Below, one piece after another: positions 27,001-40,400 of a stretch of DNA of 64,000 nucleotides (its first letter is position 1; the number at the start of each line of letters is the position of its first letter). The stretch lies in contig OZ024759.1 in the NCBI GenBank assembly GCA_964016885.1, forward strand, positions 3,782,001 to 3,846,000, written 5' to 3'. Source of the stretch: Eledone cirrhosa (taxonomy: Eukaryota). Made by a program: the position numbers and the translations under genes. The notes beneath the pieces are model-generated. The model had not been told where the DNA came from. It ran no database searches and saw only the letters and a program-made list of their open reading frames with translations.

Positions 27001-27429
27001 GTGCCTGTGTCTACAATGTCTGTGTGTCTACAGTGTCTGTGTCTACAGTGTCTGTGTGTCTACAGTGTCTGTGTGTCTACAATGTCTGTGTGTCTACAAT
27101 GTCTGTGTGTCTACAATGTCTGTGTGTCTACAATGTCTGTGTGTCTACAGTGTCTGTGTGTCTACAGTGTCTGTGTGTCTACAGTGTCTGTGTGTCTACA
27201 GTGTCTGTGTGTCTACAGTGACTGTATATACAGTGTCTGTGTGTCTACAGTGTCTGTGTGTCTACAGTGTCTGTGTGTCTACAATGTCTGTGTCTACAGT
27301 GTCTGTGTGTCTAAAATGTCTGTGTCTACAGTTACTGTGTGTCTACAGTGTCTGTGTGTCTACAATGTCTGTGTGTCTACAGTGTCTGTGTGTCTACAGT
27401 GTCTGTGTGTCTACAGTGTCTGTGTGTCT

Positions 27430-30400
27430 ACAGTGACTGTGTGTCTACAATGTCTGTGTGTCTACAATGTCTGAGTGTCTACAATGTCTGTGTGTCTACA
27501 ATGTCTGTGTGTCTACAGTGCCTGTGTCTACAGTGCCTGTGTCTACAATGTCTGTGTGTCTACAGTGTCTGTGCCTACAATGCCTGTGTCTACAATGCCT
27601 GTGTCTACAGTGTCTGTGTGTCTACAGTGTCTGTGTCTACAGTGTCTGAGTCTACAATGTCTGTGTGTCTACAGTGTCTGTGTCTACAGTGTCCGTGTGT
27701 CTGTCTACATTGTCCGTGTGTCTACAGTGTCTGTGTCTACAGTGTCTGTGTGTCTACAGTGTCTGTGTCTACAGTGTCTGTGTGTCTACGTCTGTGTGTC
27801 TACACTGTCTGTCTGTCTACAGTGTTTGTGTGTCTACAGTGTCTGTGTGTCTACAATGTCTGTGTCTACAGTGTTTGTGTGTCTACAGTGTCTGTGTGTC
27901 TACAGTGTCTGTGCCTACAGTGTCTGGGTGTCTACAATGTCTGTGTGTCTACAGTGTCTGTGTGTCTACAGTGTATGTGTCTACAGTGACTGTGTGTCTA
28001 CAGTGTCTGTGTGTCTACAATGTTTGTGTGTCTACAGTGTCTCTGTGTCTACAATGCCTGTGTCTACAGTGCCTGTGTCAACAGTGCCTGTGTCTACAAT
28101 GTCTGTGTGTCTACAGTGTCTGTGTGTCTACAGTGTCTGTGTGTCTACAGTGACTGTATATACAGTGTCTGTGTGTCTACAGTGTCTGTGTGTCTACAGT
28201 GTCTACAGTGTCTGTGTGTCTACAATATATGTGTCTACAGTGTCTGTGTGTCTAAAATGTCTGTGTCTACAGTGACTGTGTGTCTACAGTGTCTGTGTGT
28301 CTACAATGTCTGTGTGTCTACAGTGTCTGTGTGTCTACAGTGTCTCTGTGTCTACAATGCCTGTGTCTACAGTGCCTGTGTCTACAATGTCTGTGTGTCT
28401 ACAGTGTCTGTGTGTCTACAGTGTCTATGTCTACAGTGTCTGTGTGTCTACAGTGTCTGTGTCTACAGTGTCTGTGTGTCTACAGTGTCTGTGTGTCTAC
28501 AGTGTCTATGTCTACAGTGTCTGTGTGTCTACAGTGTCTATGTCTACAGTGTCTGTGTGTCTACAGTGACTGTATATACAGTGTCTGTGTGTCTACAGTG
28601 TTTGTGTGTCTACAGTGTTTGTGTGTCTACAGTGTCTGTTTGTCTACAATGCCTGTGTCTACAGTGTATGTGTGTCTACAGTGTCTGTGTCTACTGTGTC
28701 TACAGTGTCTGAGTCTACAATGTCTGTGTGTCTACAGTGTCTGTGTGTGTACAGTGTCTGTGTCTACAGTGTCTGTGTCTACAGTGTCTGAGTCTACAAT
28801 GCCTGTGTGTCTACAATGCCTGTGTCTACATTGTCCGTGTGTCTGTGTCTACAGTGTCTGTGTCTACAATACCTGTGTCTAGAGTGTCTGTGTGTCTACA
28901 GTGTCTGAGTCTACAATGTCTGTGTGTCTACAATGCCTGTGTCTACAGTGTCCGTGTGTCTGTGTCTACAGTGTCTGTGACTACAAAGCCTGTGTCTACA
29001 GTGTCTGTGTGTCTACAGTGTCTGTGTCTACAGTGTCTGTGTCTACAGTGTCTGAGTCTACAATGTCTGTGTGTCTACAGTGTCTGTGTCTACAGTGTCT
29101 GTGTGTCTACAGTGTCTGTGTGTCTACAGTGTCTGTGTGTCTACAGTGTCTGTGTGTCTACAGTGACTGTGTGTCTACAATGTCTGTGTGTCTACAATGT
29201 CTGAGTGTCTACAATGTCTGTGTGTCTACAATGTCTGTGTGTCTACAGTGCCTGTGTCTACAGTGCCTGTGTCTACAATGTCTGTGTGTCTACAGTGTCT
29301 GTGCCTACAATGCCTGTGTCTACAATGCCTGTGTCTACAGTGTCTGTGTGTCTACAGTGTCTGTGTCTACAGTGTCTGAGTCTACAATGTCTGTGTGTCT
29401 ACAGTGTCTGTGTCTACAGTGTCCGTGTGTCTGTCTACATTGTCCGTGTGTCTACAGTGTCTGTGTCTACAGTGTCTGTGTGTCTACAGTGTCTGTGTCT
29501 ACAGTGTCTGTGTGTCTACGTCTGTGTGTCTACACTGTCTGTCTGTCTACAGTGTTTGTGTGTCTACAGTGTCTGTGTGTCTACAATGTCTGTGTCTACA
29601 GTGTTTGTGTGTCTACAGTGTCTGTGTGTCTACAGTGTCTGTGCCTACAGTGTCTGGGTGTCTACAATGTCTGTGTGTCTACAGTGTCTGTGTGTCTACA
29701 GTGTATGTGTCTACAGTGACTGTGTGTCTACAGTGTCTGTGTGTCTACAATGTTTGTGTGTCTACAGTGTCTCTGTGTCTACAATGCCTGTGTCTACAGT
29801 GCCTGTGTCAACAGTGCCTGTGTCTACAATGTCTGTGTGTCTACAGTGTCTGTGTGTCTACAGTGTCTGTGTGTCTACAGTGTCTGTGTTTCTACAGTGT
29901 CTGTGTGTCTACAGTGACTGTATATACAGTGTCTGTGTGTCTACAGTGTCTGTGTGTCTACAGTGTCTACAGTGTCTGTGTGTCTACAATATATGTGTCT
30001 ACAGTGTCTGTGTGTCTAAAATGTCTGTGTCTACAGTGACTGTGTGTCTACAGTGTCTGTGTGTCTACAATGTCTGTGTGTCTACAGTGTCTGTGTGTCT
30101 ACAGTGTCTCTGTGTCTACAATGCCTGTGTCTACAGTGCCTGTGTCTACAATGTCTGTGTGTCTACAGTGTCTGTGTGTCTACAGTGTCTATGTCTACAG
30201 TGTCTGTGTGTCTACAGTGTCTGTGTCTACAGTGTCTGTGTGTCTACAGTGTCTGTGTGTCTACAGTGTCTATGTCTACAGTGTCTGTGTGTCTACAGTG
30301 TCTATGTCTACAGTGTCTGTGTGTCTACAGTGACTGTATATACAGTGTCTGTGTGTCTACAGTGTTTGTGTGTCTACAGTGTTTGTGTGTCTACAGTGTC

Positions 30401-30890
30401 TGTTTGTCTACAATGCCTGTGTCTACAGTGTATGTGTGTCTACAGTGTCTGTGTCTACTGTGTCTACAGTGTCTGAGTCTACAATGTCTGTGTGTCTACA
30501 GTGTCTGTGTGTGTACAGTGTCTGTGTCTACAGTGTCTGTGTCTACAGTGTCTGAGTCTACAATGCCTGTGTGTCTACAATGCCTGTGTCTACATTGTCC
30601 GTGTGTCTGTGTCTACAGTGTCTGTGTCTACAATACCTGTGTCTAGAGTGTCTGTGTGTCTACAGTGTCTGAGTCTACAATGTCTTTGTGTCTACAATGC
30701 CTGTGTCTACAGTGTCCGTGTGTCTGTGTCTACAGTGTCTGTGACTACAAAGCCTGTGTCTACAGTGTCTGTGTGTCTACAGTGTCTGTGTCTACAGTGT
30801 CTGTGTCTACAGTGTCTGAGTCTACAATGTCTGTGTGTCTACAGTGTCTGTGTCTACAGTGTCTGTGTGTCTACAGTGTCTGTGTGTCTA
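27430..30890 (+). repeat. Direct tandem block duplication, about 1.73-1.76 kb unit
   Basis: Identical pseudo-ORFs at 27458/29188 (offset 1730) and 28280/30044 (offset 1764). XbaI-type variant at ~28878 and ~30642. Confidence 0.8.
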
Positions 30891-32109
30891 CAGTGTCTGT
30901 GTGTCTACAGTGTCTGTGTGTCTACAGTGTATGTGTCTACAGTGACTGTGTGTCTACAGTGTCTGTGTGTCTACAATGTTTGTGTGTCTACAGTGTCTCT
31001 GTGTCTACAATGCCTGTGTCTACAGTGCCTGTGTCAACAGTGCCTGTGTCTACAATGTCTGTGTGTCTACAGTGTCTGTGTGTCTACAGTGTCTGTGTGT
31101 CTACAGTGTCTGTGTCTACAGTGTCTGTGTGTCTACAATGTCTGTGTGTCTACAATGTCTGTGTGTCTACAGTGTCTGTGTCTACAGTGTCTGTGTGTCT
31201 ACAGTGTCTGTGTCTACAGTGTCTGTGTGTCTACAGTGTCTGTGTGTCTACAGTGTCTGTGTGTCTACAGTGTCTGTGTCTACAGTGTCTGTGTGTCTAC
31301 AGTGTCTGTGTCTACAGTATCTGTGTGTCTACAGTGTCTGTGTGTCTACAATGTCTGTGTGTCTACAATGTCTGTGTGTCTACAATGTCTGTGTGTCTAC
31401 AGTGTCTGTGTGTCTACAGTGTCTGTGTATCTACAGTGTCTGTGTGTCTACAGTGACTGTGTGTCTACAATGTCTGTGTGTCTACAATGTCTGTGTCTAC
31501 AGTGTCTGTGTATCTACAGTGTCTGTGTGTCTACAATGCCTGTGTCTCTACATTGTCTGTGTCTACAGTGTCTGTGTGTCTACAATGTCTGTGTGTCTAC
31601 AATGTCTGTGTCTCTACAGTGTCTGTGTGTCTACAATGTCTGTGTGTTTACAATGTCTGTGTCTACAGTGTCTGTGTGTCTACAGTGTCTGTGTGTCTAC
31701 AATATCTGTGTGTCTACAATATCTGTGTGTCTACAATATCTGTGTGTCTACAGTGTCTGTATCTACAGTGTCTGTGTCTCTACAGTGTCTGTGTCTACAA
31801 TGTCTGTGTGTCTAAGGTGTCTGTGTGTCTACAGTGTCTGTGTGTCTACAATGTCTGTGTGTCTACAGTGTCTGTGTGTCTAAAATGTCTGTGTCTACAG
31901 TTTCTGTGTGTCTACAGTGTCTGTGTGTCTACAGTGTCTGTGTGTCTACAGTGTCTGTGTCTACAGTGTCTGTGTGTCTAAAATGTCTGTGTCTACAGTG
32001 ACTGTGTATCTACAGTGTCTACAATGTTTGTGTGTCTACAGTGTCTCTGTGTCTACAATGCCTGTGTCTACAGTGCCTGTGTCTACAATGAATGTGTGTC
32101 TACAGTGTC

Positions 32110-34450
32110 TGTGTGTCTACAGTGTCTGTGTCTACAGTGTCTGTGTGTCTACAGTGTCTGTGTGTCTACAGTGTCTGTGTGTCTACAATGTCTGTGTGTC
32201 TACAGTGTCTGTGTGTCTACAGTGTCTCTGTGTCTACAATGCCTGTGTCTACAGTGCCTGTGTCTACAATGTCTGTGTGTCTACAGTGTCTGTGTCTACA
32301 GTGTCTGTGTGTCTACAGTGTCTGTGTGTCTACAATGTCTGTGTGTCTACAATGTCTGTGTGTCTACAATGTCTGTGTGTCTACAATGTCTGTGTGTCTA
32401 CAATGTCTGTGTGTCTACAGTGTCTGTGTGTCTACAGTGTCTGTGTGTCTACAGTGTCTGTGTGTCTACAGTGTCTGTGTGTCTACAGTGACTGTATATA
32501 CAGTGTCTGTGTGTCTACAGTGTCTGTGTGTCTACAGTGTCTGTGTGTCTACAATGTCTGTGTCTACAGTGTCTGTGTGTCTAAAATATCTGTGTCTACA
32601 GTTACTGTGTGTCTACAGTGTCTGTGTGTCTACAATGTCTGTGTGTCTACAGTGTCTGTGTGTCTACAGTGTCTGTGTGTCTACAATGTCTGTGTGTCTA
32701 CAGTGTCTGTGTGTCTACAGTGTCGGTGTGTCTACAGTGTCTGTGTGTCTACAGTGTATGTGTCTACAGTGACTGTGTGTCTACAGTGTCTGTGTGTCTA
32801 CAATGTTTGTGTGTCTACAGTGTCTCTGTGTCTACAATGCCTGTGTCTACAGTGCCTGTGTCAACAGTGCCTGTGTCTACAATGTCTGTGTGTCTACAGT
32901 GTCTGTGTGTCTACAGTGTCTGTGTGTCTACAGTGTCTGTGTGTCTACAGTGTCTGTGTTTCTACAGTGTCTGTGTGTCTACAGTGACTGTATATACAGT
33001 GTCTGTGTGTCTACAGTGTCTGTGTGTCTACAGTGTCTACAGTGTCTGTGTGTCTACAATATCTGTGTCTACAGTGTCTGTGTGTCTAAAATGTCTGTGT
33101 CTACAGTGACTGTGTGTCTACAGTGTCTGTGTGTCTACAATGTCTGTGTGTCTACAGTGTCTGTGTGTCTACAGTGTCTCTGTCTACAATGCCTGTGTCT
33201 ACAGTGCCTGTGTCTACAATGTCTGTGTGTCTACAGTGTCTGTGTGTCTACAGTGTCTATGTCTACAGTGTCTGTGTGTCTACAGTGTCTGTGTCTACAG
33301 TGTCTGTGTGTCTACAGTGTCTGTGTGTCTACAGTGTCTGTGTGTCTACAATGTCTGTGTGTCTACAGTGTCTGTGTGTCTACAGTGTCTCTGTGTCTAC
33401 AATGCCTGTGTCTACAGTGCCTGTGTCTACAATGTCTGTGTGTCTACAGTGTCTGTGTCTACAGTGTCTGTGTGTCTACAGTGTCTGTGTGTCTACAATG
33501 TCTGTGTGTCTACAATGTCTGTGTGTCTACAATGTCTGTGTGTCTACAATGTCTGTGTGTCTACAATGTCTGTGTGTCTACAGTGTCTGTGTGTCTACAG
33601 TGTCTGTGTGTCTACAGTGTCTGTGTGTCTACAGTGACTGTATATACAGTGTCTGTGTGTCTACAGTGTCTGTGTGTCTACAGTGTCTGTGTGTCTACAA
33701 TGTCTGTGTCTACAGTGTCTGTGTGTCTAAAATATCTGTGTCTACAGTTACTGTGTGTCTACAGTGTCTGTGTGTCTACAATGTCTGTGTGTCTACAGTG
33801 TCTGTGTGTCTACAGTGTCTGTGTGTCTACAATGTCTGTGTGTCTACAGTGTCTGTGTGTCTACAGTGTCGGTGTGTCTACAGTGTCTGTGTGTCTACAG
33901 TGACTGTGTGTCTACAGTGTCTGTGTGTCTACAATGTTTGTGTGTCTACAGTGTCTCTGTGTCTACAATGCCTGTGTCTACAGTGCCTGTGTCAACAGTG
34001 CCTGTGTCTACAATGTCTGTGTGTCTACAGTGTCTGTGTGTCTACAGTGTCTGTGTGTCTACAGTGTCTGTGTGTCTACAGTGTCTGTGTTTCTACAGTG
34101 TCTGTGTGTCTACAGTGACTGTATATACAGTGTCTGTGTGTCTACAGTGTCTGTGTGTCTACAGTGTCTACAGTGTCTGTGTGTCTACAATATCTGTGTC
34201 TACAGTGTCTGTGTGTCTAAAATGTCTGTGTCTACAGTGACTGTGTGTCTACAGTGTCTGTGTGTCTACAATGTCTGTGTGTCTACAGTGTCTGTGTGTC
34301 TACAGTGTCTCTGTCTACAATGCCTGTGTCTACAGTGCCTGTGTCTACAATGTCTGTGTGTCTACAGTGTCTGTGTGTCTACAGTGTCTATGTCTAAAGT
34401 GTCTGTGTGTCTACAGTGTCTGTGTCTACAGTGTCTGTGTGTCTACAGTG
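32110..34450 (+). repeat. Direct tandem block duplication, about 1.13-1.15 kb unit
   Basis: Private variant ctaaaatatc at 32581 and 33727 (offset 1146); tgtcggtg at 32721 and 33867; acagtgtctctgtctacaat at 33171 and 34302. Confidence 0.75.
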
Positions 34451-37400
34451 TCTGTGTGTCTACAGTGTCTATGTCTACAGTGTCTGTGTGTCTACAGTGT
34501 CTATGTCTACAGTGTCTGTGTGTCTACAGTGACTGTATATACAGTGTCTGTGTGTCTACAGTGTTTGTGTGTCTACAGTGTCTGTTTGTCTACAATGCCT
34601 GTGTCTACAGTGTATGTGTGTCTACAGTGTCTGTGTCTACTGTGTCTACAGCGTCTGAGTCTACAATGTCTGTGTGTCTACAGTGTCTGTGTGTGTACAG
34701 TGTCTGTGTCTACAGTGTCTGAGTCTACAATGCCTGTGTGTCTACAATGCCTGTGTCTACAGTGTCCGTGTGTCTGTGTCTACAGTGTCTGTGTCTACAA
34801 TACCTGTGTCTAGAGTGTCTGTGTGTCTACAATGTCTGTGTGTCTACAATGCCTGTGTCTACAGTGTCCGTGTGTCTGTGTCTACAGTGTCTGTGACTAC
34901 AAAGCCTGTGTCTACAGTGTCTGTGTGTCTACAGTGTCTGTGTCTACAGTGTCTGAGTCTACAATGTCTGTGTGTCTACAGTGTCTGTGTCTACAGTGTC
35001 TGTGTGTCTACAGTGTCTGTGTGTCTACAATGTCTGTGTGTCTACAGTGTATGTGTCTACAGTGACTGTGTGTCTACAGTGTCTGTGTGTCTACAGTGTC
35101 TCTGTGACTACAATGCCTGTGTCTACAGTGTCTGTGTGTCTACAGTGTCTGTGTGTCTACAGTGTCTGTGTCTACAGTGTCTGTGTGTCTACAATGTCTT
35201 TGTGTCTACAATGTCTGTGTGTCTACAGTGTCTGTGTCTACAGTGTCTGTGTGTCTACAGTGTCTGTGTCTACAGTGTCTGTGTGTCTACAGTGTCTGTG
35301 TGTCTACAGTGTCTGTGTCTACAGTGTCTGTGTGTCTACAGTGTCTGTGTCTACAGTGTCTGTGTGTCTACAGTGTCTGTGTGTCTACAATGTCTGTGTG
35401 TCTACAATGTCTGTGTGTCTACAATGTCTGTGTGTCTACAGTGTCTGTGTGTCTACAGTGTCTGTGTGTCTACAGTGTCTGTGTGTCTACAGTGACTGTG
35501 TATCTACAGTGTCTGTGTGTCTACAATGCCTGTGTCTCTACATTGTCTGTGTCTACAGTGTCTGTGTGTCTACAATGTCTGTGTGTCTACAGTGTCTGTG
35601 TGTCTACAGTGTCTGTGTGTCTACAATGTCTGTGTCTCTACATTGTCTGTGTCTCTACAGTGTCTGTGTCTACAGTGTCTGTGTGTCTACAATGTCTGTG
35701 TGTCTACAATGTCTGTGTGTCTACAATGTCTGTGTGTCTACAATGTCTGTGTGTCTACAATGTCTGTGTGTCTACAGTGTCTGTGTGTCTACAGTGTCTG
35801 TGTTTCTACAGTGTCTGTGTGTCTACAGTGTCTGTGTGTGTACAGTGTCTGTGTCTACTGTGTCTACAGTGTCTGTGTCTACAGTGTCTGAGTCTACAAT
35901 GTCTGTGTGTCTACAGTGTCTGTGTGTGTACAGTGTCCGTGTGTCTGTGTCTACAGTGTCTGTGTCTACAATACCTGTGTCTACAGTGTCTGTGTGTCTA
36001 CAGTCTCTGAGTCTACAATGTCTGTGTGTCTACAATGCCTGTGTCTACAGTGTCCGTGTGTCTGTGTCTACAGTGTCTGTGAATACAATGCCTGTGTCTA
36101 CAGTGTCTGTGTGTCTACAGTGTCTGTGTCTACAGTGTCTGTGTCTACAGTGTCTGAGTCTACAATGTCTGTGTGTCTACAGTGTCTGTGTCTACAATGT
36201 CTGTGTCTACAGTGTCCGTGTGTCTGTCTACAGTGTCTGTGTGTCTACAGTGTCTGTGTCTACAGTGACTGTGTGTCTACAGTGTCTGTGTGTCTACAAT
36301 ATGTGTCTACAGTGTCTGTGTCTACAGTGTCTGTGTGTCTACACTGTCTGTCTGTCTACAGTGTTTGTGTATCTACAGTGTCTGTGTGTCTACAATGTAT
36401 GTGTGTCTACAGTGTCTGTGTGTCTACGTCTGTGTGTCTACAGTGTCTGTGTGTCTACAGTGTATGTGTCTCTACATTGTCTGTGTGTCTACAGTGTCTG
36501 TGTCTACAGTGTCTGTGTGTCTACAGTGTCTGTGTGTCTACAGTGTCTGTGTGTCTACAGTGTCTGTGTGTCTACAGTGTCTGTGTCTACAGTGTCTGTC
36601 TGTCTACAGTGTCTGTGTCTACAGTGTCTGTGTGTCTACAATGTCTGTGTGTCTACAATGTCTGTGTGTCTACAGTGTCTGTGTCTACAGTGTCTGTGTG
36701 TCTACAGTGTCTGTGTCTACAGTGTCTGTGTGTCCACATTGTCTGTGTCTACAGTGTCTGTGTGTCTACAGTGTCTGTGTCTACAGTGTCTGTGTGTCTA
36801 CAGTGTCTGTGTCTACAGTATCTGTGTGTCTACAGTGTCTGTGTGTCTACAATGTCTGTGTGTCTACAATGTCTGTGTGTCTACAATGTCTGTGTGTCTA
36901 CAGTGTCTGTGTGTCTACAGTGTCTGTGTATCTACAGTGTCTGTGTGTCTACAGTGACTGTGTGTCTACAATGTCTGTGTGTCTACAATGTCTGTGTCTA
37001 CAGTGTCTGTGTATCTACAGTGTCTGTGTGTCTACAATGCCTGTGTCTCTACATTGTCTGTGTCTACAGTGTCTGTGTGTCTACAATGTCTGTGTGTCTA
37101 CAATGTCTGTGTCTCTACAGTGTCTGTGTGTCTACAATGTCTGTGTGTTTACAATGTCTGTGTCTACAGTGTCTGTGTGTCTACAGTGTCTGTGTGTCTA
37201 CAATATCTGTGTGTCTACAATATCTGTGTGTCTACAGTGTCTGTATCTACAGTGTCTGTGTATCTACAGTGTCTGTGTCTCTACAGTGTCTGTGTCTACA
37301 ATGTCTGTGTGTCTAAGGTGTCTGTGTGTCTACAGTGTCTGTGTGTCTACAGTGACTGTGTGTCTACAGTGTCTGTGTGTCTAAAATGTCTGTGTCTACA

Positions 37401-40400
37401 GTTTCTGTGTGTCTACAGTGTCTGTGTGTCTACAATGTCTGTGTGTCTACAGTGTCTGTGTCTACAGTGTCTGTGTCTACAGTGTCTGTGTGTCTAAAAT
37501 GTCTGTGTCTACAGTGACTGTGTGTCTACAGTGTCTACAATGTTTGTGTGTCTACAGTGTCTCTGTGTCTACAATGCCTGTGTCTACAGTGCCTGTGTCT
37601 ACAATGACTGTGTGTCTACAGTATCTGTGTGTCTACAGTGTCTGTGTCTACAGTGTCTGTGTGTCTACAGTGTCTGTGTGTCTACAGTGTCTGTGTGTCT
37701 ACAATGTCTGTGTGTCTACAGTGTCTGTGTGTCTACAGTGTCTCTGTGTCTACAATGCCTGTGTCTACAGTGCCTGTGTCTACAATGTCTGTGTGTCTAC
37801 AGTGTCTGTGTCTACAGTGTCTGTGTGTCTACAGTGTCTGTGTGTCTACAATGTCTGTGTGTCTACAATGTCTGTGTGTCTACAATGTCTGTGTGTCTAC
37901 AATGTCTGTGTGTCTACAATGTCTGTGTGTCTACAGTGTCTGTGTGTCTACAGTGTCTGTGTGTCTACAGTGTCTGTGTGTCTACAGTGACTGTATATAC
38001 AGTGTCTGTGTGTCTACAGTGTCTGTGTGTCTACAGTGTCTGTGTGTCTACAATGTCTGTGTCTACAGTGTCTGTGTGTCTAAAATGTCTGTGTCTACAG
38101 TTACTGTGTGTCTACAGTGTCTGTGTGTCTACAATGTCTGTGTGTCTACAGTGTCTGTGTGTCTACAGTGTCTGTGTGTCTACAGTGTCTGTGTGTCTAC
38201 AGTGACTGTGTGTCTACAATGTCTGTGTGTCTACAATGTCTGAGTGTCTACAATGTCTGTGTGTCTACAATGTCTGTGTGTCTACAGTGCCTGTGTCTAC
38301 AGTGCCTGTGTCTACAATGTCTGTGTGTCTACAGTGTCTGTGCCTACAATGCCTGTGTCTACAATGCCTGTGTCTACAGTGTCTGTGTGTCTACAGTGTC
38401 TGTGTCTACAGTGTCTGAGTCTACAATGTCTGTGTGTCTACAGTGTCTGTGTCTACAGTGTCCGTGTGTCTGTCTACATTGTCCGTGTGTCTACAGTGTC
38501 TGTGTCTACAGTGTCTGTGTGTCTACAGTGTCTGTGTCTACAGTGTCTGTGTGTCTACGTCTGTGTGTCTACACTGTCTGTCTGTCTACAGTGTTTGTGT
38601 GTCTACAGCGTCTGTGTGTCTACAATGTCTGTGTCTACAGTGTTTGTGTGTCTACAGTGTCTGTGTGTCTACAGTGTCTGTGCCTACAGTGTCTGGGTGT
38701 CTACAATGTCTGTGTGTCTACAGTGTCTGTGTGTCTACAGTGTATGTGTCTACAGTGACTGTGTGTCTACAGTGTCTGTGTGTCTACAATGTTTGTGTGT
38801 CTACAGTGTCTCTGTGTCTACAATGCCTGTGTCTACAGTGCCTGTGTCAACAGTGCCTGTGTCTACAATGTCTGTGTGTCTACAGTGTCTGTGTGTCTAC
38901 AGTGTCTGTGTTTCTACAGTGCCTGTGTGTCTACAGTGACTGTATATACAGTGTCTGTGTGTCTACAGTGTCTGTGTGTCTACAGTGTCTGTGTGTCTAC
39001 AATATATGTGTCTACAGTGTCTGTGTGTCTAAAATGTCTGTGTCTACAGTGACTGTGTGTCTACAGTGTCTGTGTGTCTACAATGTCTGTGTGTCTACAG
39101 TGTCTGTGTGTCTACAGTGTCTCTGTGTCTACAATGCCTGTGTCTACAGTGCCTGTGTCTACAATGTCTGTGTGTCTACAGTGTCTGTGTGTCTACAGTG
39201 TCTATGTCTACAGTGTCTGTGTGTCTACAGTGTCTGTGTCTACAGTGTCTGTGTGTCTACAGTGTCTGTGTGTCTACAGTGTCTATGTCTACAGTGTCTG
39301 TGTGTCTACAGTGTCTATGTCTACAGTGTCTGTGTGTCTACAGTGACTGTATATACAGTGTCTGTGTGTCTACAGTGTTTGTGTGTCTACAGTGTTTGTG
39401 TGTCTACAGTGTCTGTTTGTCTACAATGCCTGTGTCTACAGTGTATGTGTGTCTACAGTGTCTGTGTCTACTGTGTCTACAGTGTCTGAGTCTACAATGT
39501 CTGTGTGTCTACAGTGTCTGTGTGTGTACAGTGTCTGTGTCTACAGTGTCTGTGTCTACAGTGTCTGAGTCTACAATGCCTGTGTGTCTACAATGCCTGT
39601 GTCTACATTGTCCGTGTGTCTGTGTCTACAATACCTGTGTCTAGAGTGTCTGTGTGTCTACAGTGTCTGAGTCTACAATGTCTGTGTGTCTACAATGCCT
39701 GTGTCTACAGTGTCCGTGTGTCTGTGTCTACAGTGTCTGTGACTACAAAGCCTGTGTCTACAGTGTCTGTGTGTCTACAGTGTCTGTGTCTACAGTGTCT
39801 GTGTCTACAGTGTCTGAGTCAACAATGTCTGTGTGTCTACAGTGTCTGTGTCTACAGTGTCTGTGTGTCTACAGTGTCTGTGTGTCTACAGTGTCTGTGT
39901 GTCTACAGTGTCTGTGTGTCTACAGTGTATGTGTCTACAGTGACTGTGTGTCTACAGTGTCTGTGTGTCTACAATGTTTGTGTGTCTACAGTGTCTCTGT
40001 GTCTACAATGCCTGTGTCTACAGTGCCTGTGTCAACAGTGCCTGTGTCTACAATGTCTGTGTGTCTACAGTGTCTGTGTGTCTACAGTGTCTGTGTGTCT
40101 ACAGTGTCTGTGTCTACAGTGTCTGTGTGTCTACAATGTCTGTGTGTCTACAATGTCTGTGTGTCTACAGTGTCTGTGTCTACAGTGTCTGTGTGTCTAC
40201 AGTGTCTGTGTCTACAGTGTCTGTGTGTCTACAGTGTCTGTGTGTCTACAGTGTCTGTGTGTCTACAGTGTCTGTGTCTACAGTGTCTGTGTGTCTACAG
40301 TGTCTGTGTCTACAGTATCTGTGTGTCTACAGTGTCTGTGTGTCTACAATGTCTGTGTGTCTACAATGTCTGTGTGTCTACAATGTCTGTGTGTCTACAG